From positions 12,040,962 through 12,104,961 of the forward strand of contig NC_134034.1 of NCBI RefSeq assembly GCF_964204645.1: 64,000 nucleotides of DNA, given 5' to 3'. The number at the start of each line of letters is the position of its first letter. Position 1 is the first letter of the stretch. Made by a program: the position numbers and the translations under genes. The DNA comes from Tubulanus polymorphus. Taxonomy: Eukaryota > Animalia > Nemertea. Of the stretch, positions 37,931 through 51,577 are shown piece after piece. The notes beneath the pieces are model-generated. The model did not search any database, had not been told where the DNA came from, and saw nothing but the letters and a program-made list of their open reading frames with translations.

Positions 37931-38757
37931 CAACTGGATGCTCGTCGACTGGATACTGGATTACTGATGAAGATAATCGTTTTTACAGTACCCAAAACTC
38001 TGATACGAGTCTCTGTGATACTGGTTGCAATGAATAAGTTGAGAGAAGCTGAAAAGGAAAGCAAATGAGGAAACTGCTTAGTGGAATACACTGTTACATT
38101 GCCTACGACATGATCGCCATCTATTGGAATTTCACTGAACTATCGAAATTTCCTGATTGACATTAGCGCAGATTTTCTTACAATGAACCATATTTCACAG
38201 CGCCATCTATCGAAGATATGTTGAACTAAGGTTTCTAGGCATTATACGCGGTTATCGAGTCGTTTCTAAATAAGTTCAAATACGATACACAAATAATTAC
38301 GTTGCCTAATTAACTAATTTACGAGTAATTTTAACTTATTTTAAATTCATAGATATATTTCAAACACTGTAAAGAAACATTTCGGGAGGTTTTTGTAACA
38401 TTTTCTGGGGCCTAAAGGGTATTTCGATGTTTTGCGCCCTCTGTTGGATTTCTGCTGAACTAAAATCACAATAGATCCTTTGTTAAGATTTTGATAGAAT
38501 TTTCAATACATTTTAGATGAAGTGAATTAAACACTGTTTTAAACACTATATAACGCATTTTTGCCCCGGGTTTAGATCCGGAATTACATCACCACTCAAC
38601 AAGAGCCCTGAAGTAATGGATAGATTGAGGTCCCAGGTTCGAAACAAATCTCTGAAATCTAAAATACAATAGCTTGAATGATCGATATTTCTGAGCAGTT
38701 TGACTATACCCAGAAACCTAGAAACGACATTGACTATGCGCTTGGTTTGGTCGCGAA

Positions 38758-38846
38758 GTGCCATGGCTCATTGGTTGAATGGTGGCCTCACGAATAGTTG
38801 TCCCGGGTTCGAATCTGCGATCTGATGTCTGCTTTTATTTTTTTTT
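38758..38846 (+). ncRNA. tRNA-derived (Val-like) Pol III unit / SINE-like element within the repeat unit
   Basis: A box TGGCTCATTGG 38764-38774, GCCTCAC, B box GGTTCGAATC 38806-38815, T-runs 38833-38846. Inverted copies at ~44430-44525, 45865-45955, 47305-47395, 48760-48845. No intact cloverleaf. Confidence 0.55.
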
Positions 38847-41800
38847 CTCTTTAAAGCATTATTTTGTTACTCTCGATAATTCATTTGCTTGATAAAAACC
38901 TTTGAGGTACTCCTTACCGGTTTTGAACCTGGGGTACGACTTAAAATCTGTAATTTATCATCTATTCAGCTTTAAGTTACCTAGGTCACTCCGGTTCATT
39001 TCTCATCCATCACGAAGATCATACAAAATCAGTCAGAAATACCTGAGTTTGAACCTAGGCCACCTCTAATTATCCTCTACTCGGCATCAGGACCACTGAG
39101 GATCAGAAATTACGCGTGAATTAGTTAATTAGGCAACGTAATTATTTGTCTAACGTATTTGAACTGTTTATTTAGTTCCCATAAAATTCGTGGTCTTTCT
39201 TTCTTGCTGTCATTGGTTTAATTGTAATGATAGAGTTTATTGTGCAATCTTGGTTTCTTCATTTTCTAGTTTTTCCCGTGTTTTAGTTGAAACTGAAGTG
39301 ATAAATTAGTAAATAAATCATCTGTCATCTTAAAAAGTTCAGTGTTTGGTTTTTTTTCAACTGGATGCTCGTCAACTGGATACTGGATTATTGATGCAGA
39401 TTATCGTTTCTACAGCACCCAAAACTCTGATACGAGCCTCTGTGATACTGGTTACAATGAATAAGTTGAGAGAAGCTGAAAAGGAAAGCAAATGAGGAAA
39501 CTGCTTAGTGGAATACACTGGCACATTGCCTACGACATGATCGCCATCTATTGGAATTTCACTGAACTATCGAAATTTCCTGATTGACATTAGCGCAGAT
39601 TTTCTTACAATGAACCATATTTCACAAGCGCCATCTATCGACGATACGTTGAACTAAGGTTTCTGGGCATTAGACGCTGTTATCGAGTCGTTTCTAAATA
39701 AGTTCAAATACGTTAGAAAAATAATTACGTTGCCTAATTAACTAATTTTCGAGTAATTTGAACTGGTTTTGAATTCATAGATATATTTCAAACACTGTAA
39801 AGAAACATTTCGGGAGGTTTTAGTAACTTTTTATGGGGCCTAAAGTGTATTTCGATGTTTTGCGCCCTCTGTTGGATTTCTGCTGAACTAAAATCGCAAT
39901 AGATACTTTGTTAAGATTTTGATAGAATTTTCAATACATTTTAGACTTGGTTTCTTCATTTTCTAGTTTTTCCCGTGTTTTAGTTGAAGTGATAAATTAG
40001 TAAATAAATCATCTGTAATCTTAAAAAATTCAGTGTTTGGTTTTTTTTCAACTGGATGCTCGTCAACTGGATACTGGATTACTGATGAAGATTATCGTTT
40101 TTACAGTACCCAAAACTCTGATACGAGCCTCTGTGATACTGGTTACAATGAATAAGTTGAGAGAAGCTGAAAAGGAAAGCAAATGAGGAAACTGCTTAGT
40201 GGAATACACTGGTACATTGCCTACGTATTACGACATGATCGCCATCTATTGGAATTTCCCTGAACTATCGAAATTTCCTGATTGACATTAGCGCAGATTT
40301 TCTTACAATGAACCATATTTCACAAGCGCCATCTATCGACGATACGTTGAACTAAGGTTTCTAGGCATTAGACGCGGTTATCGAGTCGTTTCTAAATAAG
40401 TTCAAATACGTTAGAAAAATAATTACGTTGCCTAATTAACTAATTTACGAGTAATTTGAACTGGTTTTAAAATCATAGATATATTTCAAACACTGTAAAG
40501 AAACATTTCGGGAGGTTTTAGTAACTTTTTCTGGGGCCTAAAGGGTATTTCGATGTTTTCCGCCCTCTGTTGGATTTCTGCTGAACTAAAATCGCAATAG
40601 ATCCTTTGTTAAGATTTTGATAGAATTTTCAATACATTTTAGATTAAGTGAGTTAAACACTGTTTTAAACACTATATAACGCATTTTCCCCCGGGTTTAG
40701 ATCCGGAATTACATCACCACTGATCCAGAGCCTTGTAGTGATGGGTAGATTGAGGTCCTAGGTTCGAACCCAACTGAAAACTGATTCAGAGCCACTTAGA
40801 GGCTGTTTCCGCGATCCGGATGCTGAATAGATGCTGTACAGGGGTGTCCCGGGTTCGAATCAAGTAATTACAGAAAGTGGTTGATAGTGATCCTGATGCT
40901 TAATACAGGATGTACAGGGGCGTCCCGGGTTCTAACCGGTAATCACTGATACTGATTCAGAGTGACACTGATGCTGAATAGAGGATGTACAGGGGTGCCC
41001 CGGGTTCGAACCCAGTAATCACTGATACTGATTCAGAGAAACACTGATGCTGAATAGAGGATGTGTTTAATTCACTTAAAATGTAGCGGAAATTCTACCA
41101 AAATCTTTACAAAGGATCTTTTGTGATTTTAGTTCAGCAAAAATCCAACAGAGGGCGCAAAACACCGAAATACCCTTCAGACCCCATAGAAAGTAACAAA
41201 AACCTCCCGAAATGGAACAATACAGCGTTTGAAATATATCTATGATTTCGAAACCAGTTCAAATTACCCGTAAATTAGTTAATTAGGCAACGTAATTATT
41301 TGTCTAACGTATTTGAGCTTATTTAGAAACGACTGAATTTTTCATTGTTAGTAGTTCCCTGAAATTCCGTGTGATGGCACCACCTTCTTTGACGGTCGTT
41401 TTCCTTCCCCGAAAAATTTCAGTCGTTTCTAAATAAGTTCAAATAAGTTAGACGAATAATTACGTTGCCTAATTAACTAATTTACGGGTAATTTGAACTG
41501 GTTTCGAAATCATAGATATATTTCAAACGCTGTAAAGTTCCATTTCGGGAGATTTTTGTAACTTTCTCTGGGGTCTGAAGGGTATTTCGATGTTTTGCGC
41601 CCTCTGTTAGATTTTCGCTGAACTAAAATCACAATAGATCATTTGTTAAGATTTTGATAGAATTTTCAACACATTTTAAATGGAGTGAATTATACACTGT
41701 TTTTAACACTATATAACGAATTCTTGCCCCGGGTTTAGATCCGGAATCAAATTACTACTCATCGCCAGTATTGTAGATGATGGATAGATGGAGGTCCCAG

Positions 41801-44800
41801 GTTCGCAACCAATCTCTGAAAACTGATTCTGAGCCTCTTAGAGGCTGTTTCCGTGATCTCGATGCTGAATAGAGGATGAACAGGGGTGTCCCGGGTTCGA
41901 ACCTAGTAATCACTGATACTGATTCAGAGTGGTCCCGATGCTGAATAGAGGATGTGCAGGGGTGTCCCGTGTTCGAACCCGTTAATCACTGATACTGATT
42001 CACAATGTACTGATGCTGAATAGAGGATGTACAGGGGTTTCCTGGGTTCGAACCCGTTTTCATTTCTGATACAGATCCTCAGTGGTCCTGATGCCGAGTA
42101 GAGGATAAATAGAGGTGGCCTAGGTTCAAACTCAGGTATTTCTGAACCCGATTTTGTATGATCCTCGTGATGGATGAGAAATGAACCGGAGTGACCTAGT
42201 AACTTAAAGCTGAATAGATGATAAATTACAGATTTTCAGCCGTGCCCTCAGGTTCAAAACCGGTAAGGAATACATAAAAGGTGTTTAATTCACTTCATCT
42301 AAAATGTATTGAAAATTCTATCAAAATCTTAACAAAGGATCTATTGTTATTCTAGTTCAGCAGAAATCCAACAGAGGGCGGAAAACATCGAAATACCCTT
42401 TAATCCCCAGAAAAATTTTCAAAAACCTCCCGAAATGTTTCTTTACAGTGTTTGAAATTTATCTATGAAATCAAAACCAGTTCAAATTACTCGTAAATTA
42501 GTTAATCAGGCAACGTAATTATTTGTCTAACGTATTTGAGCTTATTTAGAAACGACTGAAATTTTTCGGGGACGGTAATACGACCGTCAAAGAAGGTGGT
42601 GCCATCACACGGAATTTCTGGGAACTATTAACAATGAACAATTCAGTCGTTTCTCGATAAGCTCAAATACGTTAGACAAATAATTACGTTGCCTCATTAA
42701 CTAATTTACGAGTAATTTGAACTGGTTCCAAAATCATAGATATATTTCAAACACTGTAAAGTTTCATTTCGGGAGGTTTTTGTAACTTATTATGGGCCCT
42801 AAGAGGTATTTCGATGTTTTGCGCCCTCTGTTGGATTTTCGCTGAACTAAAATAATAATAGATCCTTTGTAAAGATTTTGATAGAATTTCCGCTACATTT
42901 TAAGTGAATTTAACACATCCTCTAGTCAGCATCGGTGTTTCTCTGAATCAGTATCAGTGATTACCAGGTTCGAACCCGGGGCACCCCTGTACATCCTCTA
43001 TTCAGCATCCGTGTCACTCTGAATCAGTATCAGTGATTACCGGTTCGAACCAGGGACACCCCTGTACATCCTCCATTCAGCATCGGGATCACTCACAATC
43101 ACTTTCTGTAATTACTTGATTCGAACCCGGGACACCCCTGTACATTATCTATTCAGCATCCAGATCACGGAAACACCCTCTAAGTGGCTCTGAATCAGTT
43201 TTCAGTTGGGATCGAAACTAGGACCTCAATCTATCGATCACTACAAGGCTCTGGATGGGTAGTGATTCAATTCCGGATCTAAACCCGAGGCAAGAATGCA
43301 TTATATAGTGTTTAAAACAGTGTTTAATTCACTTCGTCTAAAATGTATTGAAAACTCTATCAAAATCTTAACAAGGGACATATTGTGATTTTAATTCAGC
43401 AGAAATCCAACAGAGGGCGCAAAATATCGAAATACCCTTTAGGCCCCAGAAAATGTTACAAAAACCTCCCGAAATGGCTCTTTACAGTGTTTGAAATATA
43501 TCTATGAATTTAAACTCAGTTCAAATTACTCGTAAATTAATTAATTAGGCAACGTAATTATTTGTCTAACGTATTTGAACTTATTTAGAAACGACTCGAT
43601 AACCGCGTCTAATGCCCAGAAACCTTAGTTCAACATATCGTCGATAGATGGCGCTTGTGAAATATGGTTCATTGTGAGAAAATCTGCGCTAATGTCAATC
43701 AGGAAATTTCGATAGTTCAGTGTAATACCAATAGATGGCGATCATGTGGTAATACGTAGACAATGTACCAGTCCACTAAGCAGTTTCCTCATTTGCTTTC
43801 CTTTTCAGCTTCTCTGAACTTATTCATTGTAACCAGTATCACAGAGGCTCGTATCAGAGTTTTGGGTACTGTAAAAACGATAATCTGCATCAGTAATCCA
43901 GTATCCAGTTGACGAGCATCCAGTTGAAAAAAACCAAACACTGAATCTTTTAAGATTACAGATGATTTATTTACTAATTTATCACTTCAGTTTCAACTAA
44001 AACACGGGAAAAACTAGAAAATGAAGAAACCAAGATTGCACAATAAACTCTATCTTTACAATTAAACCAATGACAGCAAGAAAGAAAGACCACGAATTTT
44101 ATGGGAACTAAATAAATAAGTTCAAATACGTTAGACAAATAAATACGTTGCCTAATTAACTAATTTACGAGTAATTTCTGATTCTGAGTGGTTCTGATGC
44201 CGAGTAGAGGATAAATAGAGGTGTCCTAGGTTCAAACTCAGGTATTTCTGACTGATTTTGTACGATCCTCGTGATGGATGAGAAATGAACCGGAGTGACC
44301 TAGTAACTTAAAGCTGAATAGATGATAAATTACAGATTTTCAGCCGTGCCTCAGGTTCGAAACCAGTAAGGAATACCTCAAAGGTTTTTATCAAGCAAAT
44401 GAATTATCGAGAGTAACAAAATAATGCTTTTAAGAGAAAAAAAATAAAAGCAGACATCAGATCGCAGATTCGAACCCGGGTCTACTTTTCGTGAGGCCAC
44501 CATTCAACCAATGAGCCATGGCACTTCGAGACCAAACCAAGCGCATAGTCAATGTCGTTTCTAGGTTTCTGGGTATAGTCAAACTGCTCAGAAATATCGA
44601 TCATTCAAGCTATTGTATTTTAGTTTTCAGAGATTTGTTTCGAACCTGGAACCTCAATCTATCCATTACTACAAGGCTCTGGTTGAGTGGTGATGTAATT
44701 CCGGATCTAAACCCGGGGCAAAAATGCGTTATATAGTGTTTAAAACAGTGTTTAATTCACTTCATGTAAAATGTATTGAAAATTCTATCAAAATCTTAAC

Positions 44801-47800
44801 AAAGGATCTTTTGTGATTTTAGTTCAGCAAAAATCCAATAGAGGGCGCAAAACATCGAAATACCCTTTAGGCCCCTGAAAATGTTACAAAAACCTCCCGA
44901 AATGTTTCTTTACAGTGTTTGAAATATATCTATGAATTTAAAATAAGTTCAAATTACTCGTAAATTAGTTAATTAGGCACCGTAATTATTTGTCTAACGT
45001 ATTTGAACTTATTTAGAAACGACTCGATAACCGCGTCTAATGCCTAGAAACCTTAGTTCAACATATCGTCGATAGATGGCGCTGTGAAATATGGTTCATT
45101 GTAAGAAAATCTGCGCTAATGTCGATCAGGAAATTTCGATAGTTCAGTGAAATTCCAATAGATGGCGATCATGTCGTAATACGTAGACAATGTACCAGTC
45201 CACTAAGCAGTTTCCTCATTTGCTTTCCTTTTCAGCTTCTCTGAACTTATTCATTGTAACCAGTATCACAGAGGCTCGTATCAGATTTTTGGGTACTGTA
45301 AAAACGATAATCTTCACCAGTAATCCAGTATCCAGTTGACGAGCATCCAGTTGAAAAAAAAAACCAAACACTGAATCTTTTAAGATGACAGATGATTTAT
45401 TTACTAATTTATCACCTTAGTTTCAACTAAAACACAGAAAAAAAACTAGAAAATGAAGAAACCAAGATTGCACAATAAACTCTATCTTTACAATTAAACC
45501 AATGACAGCAAGAAAGAAAGACCACGAATTTTAAGGGAACTAAATAAATAAGTTCAAATACGTTAGACAAATAATTACGTTGCCTAATTAACTAATTTAC
45601 GAGTAATTTCTGATTCTGAGTGGTCCTGATGCCGAGTAGAGGATAAATAGAGGTGGCCTAGGTTCAAACTCAGGTATTTCTGACTGATTTTGTACGATCC
45701 TCGTGATGGATGAGAAATGAACCGGAGTGACCTAGTAACTTAAAGCTGAATAGATGATAAATTACAGATTTTCAGCCGTGCCTCAGGTTCGAAACCAGTA
45801 AGGAATACCTCAAAGGTTTTTATCAAGCAAATGAATTATCGAGAGTAACAAAATAATGCTTTTAAGAGAAAAAAAATAAAAGCAGACATCAGATCGCAGA
45901 TTCGAACCCGGGTCTACTTTTCGTGAGGCCACCATTCAACCGATGAGCCATGGCACTTCGCGACCAAACCAAGCGCATAGTAAATCTCGTTTTTAGGTTT
46001 CAGGGTATAGTCAAACTGCTCAGAAATTTCGGTCATTCAAGCTATTGTATTTTAGTTTTCAGAGATTTGTTTCGAACCTGGGACCTCAATCTATCCATTA
46101 CTACAAGGCTCTGGTTGAGTGGTGATGTAATTCCGGATCTAAACCCGGGGCAAAAATGCGTTATATAGTGTTTAAAACAGTGTTTAATTCACTTCATGTA
46201 AAATGTATTGAAAATTCTATCAAAATCTTAACAAAGGATCTTTTGTGATTTTAGTTCAGCAAAAATCCAATAGAGGGCGCAAAACATCGAAATACCCTTT
46301 AGGCCCCTGAAAATGTTACAAAAACCTCCCGAAATGTTTCTTTACAGTGTTTGAAATATATCTATGAATTTAAAATAAGTTCAAATTACTCGTAAATTAG
46401 TTAATTAGGCAACGTAATTATTTGTCTAACGTATTTGAACTTATTTAGAAACGACTCGATAACCGCGTCTAATGCCTAGAAACCTTAGTTCAACATATCG
46501 TCGATAGATGGCGCTGTGAAATATGGTTCATTATAAGAAAATCTGCGCTAATGTCGATGAGGAAATTTCGATAGTTCAGTGAAATTCCAATAGATGGCGA
46601 TCATGTCGTAATACGTAGACAATGTACCAATGTATTCCACAACAAGCAGTTTCCTCATTTGCTTTCCTTTTCAGCTTCCCTGAACTTATTCATTGTAACC
46701 AGTATCACAGAGGCTCGTATCAGAGTTTTGGGTACTGTAAAAACGATAATCTTCATCAGTAATCCAGTATCCAGTTGACGAGCATCCAGTTGAAAAAAAC
46801 CAAACACTGAATTTTTTAAGATGACACAGGATTTATTTACTAATTAATCACTTCAGTTTCAACTAAAACACGGAAAAAAAACTAGAAAATGAAGAAACCA
46901 AGATTGCACAATAAACTCTATATCTTTACAATTAAACCAATGACAGCAAGAAAGAAAGACCACGAATTTTATGGGAACTAAATAAATAAGTTCAAATACG
47001 TTAGACAAATAATTACGTTGCCTAATTAACTAATTCACGCGTAATTGCTGATTCTGAGTGGTCCTGATGCCGAGTAGAGGATAAATAGAGGTGTCCTAGG
47101 TTCAAACTCAGGTATTTCTGACTGATTTTGTATGATCCTCGTTATGGATGAGAAATGAACCGGAGTGACCTAGGTAACTTAAAGCTGAATAGATGATAAA
47201 TTACAGATTTTAAGCCGTGCCCTAGGTTCGAAACCAGTAAGGAGTACCTCAAAGGTTTTTAGTAAAGCAAATGAATTATCGAGAGTAACAAAATAACGTT
47301 TTTAAGAGAAAAAAAATAAAAGCAGATATCAGATCGCAGATTCAAACCCGGGTCTACTATTCGTGAGGCCACCATTCAACCAATGAGCCATGGCACTTCG
47401 CAACCAAACCAAGCGCATAGTCAATGTCGTTTCTAGGTTTCAGGGTGTAGTCAAACTGCTTAGAAATATCGATCATTCAAGCTATTGTATTTTAGTTTTC
47501 AGAGATTTGTTTCGAACCTGGAACCTCAATCTATCCATCACTACAAGGCTCTGGTTGAGTGGTGATGCAATTCCGGATCTAAACCCGGGGCAAAAATGCG
47601 TTATATAGTGTTTAAAACAGTGTTTAATTCACTTCATATAAAATGTATTGAAAATTCCATCAAAATCTTAACAAAGGATCTATTGTGATTTTAGTTCAGC
47701 AAAAATCCAATAGAGGGCGCAAAACATCGAAATACCTTTAAGCCCCAGAAAATGTTACAAAAACCTCCCGAAATGTCTCTTTACAGTGTTTGAAATATAT

Positions 47801-50375
47801 CAATGAATTTAAAATAAGTTCAAATTACTCGTAAATTAGCTAATTAGGCAACGTAATTATTTGTCTAACGTATTTGAACTTATTTAGAAACGACTCGATA
47901 ACCGCGTCTAATGCCTAGGAACCTTAGTTCAACATATCGTCGATAGATGGCGCTTGTGAAATATGGTTCATTGTGAGAAAATCTGCGCTAATATCGATCA
48001 GGAAATTTCGATAGTTCAGTGAAATTCCAATAGATGGCGATCATGTCGTAATACGTAGGCAATGTACCAGTGTATTCCACAATAGGCAGTTTCCTCATTT
48101 GCTTTCCTTTTCAGCTTCTCTCAACTTATTCATTGTAACCAGTATCACAGAGGCTCGTATCAGAGTTTTGGGTACTGTAAAAACGATAATCTTCATCAGT
48201 AATCCAGTATCCAGTTGACGAGCATCCAGTTGAAAAAAAACCAAACACTGAATCTTTTAAGATGACACAGGATTTATTTACTAATTTATCACTTCAATTT
48301 CAACGAAAAACACGAAAAAATCACTTTAATTACTGATACTGATTTAGAGTGGTCCCGATGCTGAATAGAGGGTGTGCAGGGGTGTCCTGTGTTCGAACCT
48401 AGTAATCACTGATACTGATTCACAATGTACTGATGCTGAATAGAGGATGTACAGGGGTTTCCTGGGTTCGAACCCGTTTTCATTTCTGATACAGATCCTC
48501 AGTGGTCCTGATGCCGAGTAGAGGATAAATAGAGGTGTCCTAGGTTCAAACTCAGGTATTTCTGAACCCGATTTTGTATGATCATCGTGATGGATGGGAA
48601 ATGAACCGGAGTGACCTAGTAACTTAAAGCTGAATAGATGATAAATTACAGATTTTTAGCCGTGCCCTCAGGTTCAAAACCAGTATGGAATACCTAAAAG
48701 GTTTTGGTTTTTTTATCAAGCGAATGAATTATCGAAAGTAACAAAATAACGCTTTTAAGAGAAAATAAAAAGCAGACAAATTACCGCAGACTCGAACCCG
48801 GGTTTAATATCCGTGAAGCCACCATTTAACCAATGAGCTATGGCACTTCGCGAAGAAGCAAAGCGCATAGTGAATGTGGTTCCTAGGTTTCTAGGTATAG
48901 TCAAACTGCTCAGAAATATCGATCATTCAAGCTATTGTATTTTAGTTCCAAGTTTTTCCACCAGGGTTTCAAATCGACGGTTCTCACATTCAGATGCATC
49001 TAATCGATACAAAATTCCCCCGAAATGTTACAAAATCACGATTAGGTGATTCTGACGAAGTCTGATTACAGTGAAATCAGTTTTAAAGTGGTCAATTAGA
49101 CAACGTAAAATTCGGACGATAGAAATTCGAAACGGCTGTAAAACTGTGATCAGTTACCTCTGGCGGGTAAACCCGGAACTAAAGGAAGAAACGATAATGG
49201 GATATACTGCACTTTTTTCGAAAGTTTAAGAAGTCGGTACATACCGCAACAAATAGTAACGTTTCCTAATATAAGAAAATTTATGAACCTTTTTACGTCA
49301 GAAAACCCAAACGTCCTAAGGAATCTTGCAGTTTTTATAAAAAAGGCACATAGCCTCATCTAGCCTCACCTCATCGCTGTTCCTGGTATACACGAACTTT
49401 TCAAAATAACTTTTCAATTGTAAATATAACTAGTTATTGTATGACTAGCAACTGTTATTGTATAACCGCAAACTGTTTATTTTGTATGTATCCTGTGCTC
49501 GCAAAAAATGTACAATTTTCTGGAGCAATAAATTTGAATCTAATCTAATCTAAAAACTGAGAGGACTTTTATACAGCAACATACCAGGGAAATAAAACTA
49601 CGATAAGCTTTCGGACTATTTTCACTTGTAGGTTCGGGCTGGTTGGAAATTTGCTTGAATCTTGGAGTAATCATTTGCTGGAAACGGCATTTCCAATATT
49701 CTGTACTTCGATTTAATCGAAAGATTCTGTAAACTCGACCGCCGATCAGACCACTATATCTGTACTTTCAATACCAAACGCCCTGTTCGCTCCCGGCAGG
49801 TGTGGTGGGCTTTGTAAGCGACACCAAATAAAAACAAATCAAGCGAAATCTACCAATTGACTTTCAGATCAAAAAGAAAAGTTCGGAATTTTAAGAATCT
49901 TTTCACATTTATTCTTTAAATCGAAAAAAAAATCAAATTCTGAATGTTTTTACTGTGGTACACATGAAATACCAGTAAATTGCCATTCCTAGCAGAAGGT
50001 CCTTGCTTAGATCCACTTATGACGTCATCAATACGAAATCACCTTCCCGGTACTAGTGATATTGTAGGCAATTATTGATGATGTCATAAGGTGATTTTGA
50101 AGGAGATCATTAAATATTAGAAACATGATGATAAATCAATATCTAATCAATCTAATTCTTCACAAAATAATTAATCAGAGTAATTAGCATTTCTGACAAC
50201 GAACCAATCAACCAAAAAATTCAATATATACATAGATACAAATTGATTAATTGCTTATTACAATTATAAACGGACTGCTCAATTAGTTCATACCTCCATT
50301 ACAACTAAACTATGAGTCGTAGTTTCAATTCAAGGCTTAACTTAATTGTGAAGTTATGATTTCCCAACTAACTAA

Positions 50376-50475
50376 GGACCCAGTTCTACAGTTGTGAGTT
50401 AGGGTTAACTCCGAGTTCATTTTCAATTCGTTAACTCAGAGTCAAATCTTAACACAGAACTGTAGAACTGGGCCC
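50376..50475. mobile_element. Short palindromic MITE-like element
   Basis: ggacccagttctacagtt ... aactgtagaactgggccc. Confidence 0.65.
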
Positions 50476-50737
50476 AGGAGACTCTTATAGTTTATGTGAT
50501 CCGCGTGAACTGAATACACGAAGGAGATCCGACAATATTTTCAGCCAAAGATGAAAAAACTCAAATATATATTCATTTTCTCGGTCCCTTGTTAGATTCG
50601 TCGTATCGATATCTCGTTAGTGTAATCTGTATCGGTACGCCCGATGATGGCTAAAAGTCTTTAGGCGAAACGTTGCTCAAACACTTTTAATCAAGAAATT
50701 TACATCTTTTGCTGAAATTATTGTGAGATTTCCTCGT

Positions 50738-51073
<336 letters not shown>

Positions 51074-51347
51074 TAATATCTTATTGATCTGTAAATACAT
51101 AAATTCATTTTATTCAATATCACAAAAAATGTCTTATACCCGCCGCAATATAATCAATAACCGATCTAAGTCATAATCTATGGTATGATTTTTTCATAAT
51201 TTCGACTCATTATGTCGAATTTCGACTTAATAAGTTGAATTTCGACATAATAAGTCGAAATTGCGAAAAAAATATCTCGCATGTCACCTAGGGGCTTCCG
51301 TACTGAAAGCTTTGAATTCTTCTAAAAACCCGTTATATATATACCCG

Positions 51348-51577
<230 letters not shown>

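Larger units (their letters stand above)
37746..48947. repeat. ~11-kb imperfect palindromic array of ~1.43-kb units
   Basis: Forward units start 37746, 39178, ~39946. Inverted units at ~43230-44107, 44108-45538, 45539-46976, 46977-48320, plus a variant to ~48947. Mirror centre ~41696-42282. Confidence 0.92.

Noticed and set aside
38758-38830. Functional tRNA-Val gene
   Set aside because: A and B boxes present but acceptor and anticodon stems do not pair
38546-49049. Five copies of a 69-72-aa ORF (MALRDQTKRIV…)
   Set aside because: Copies simply track the repeat unit, start antisense to the tRNA-like cassette, and show many amino-acid-changing differences; no domain
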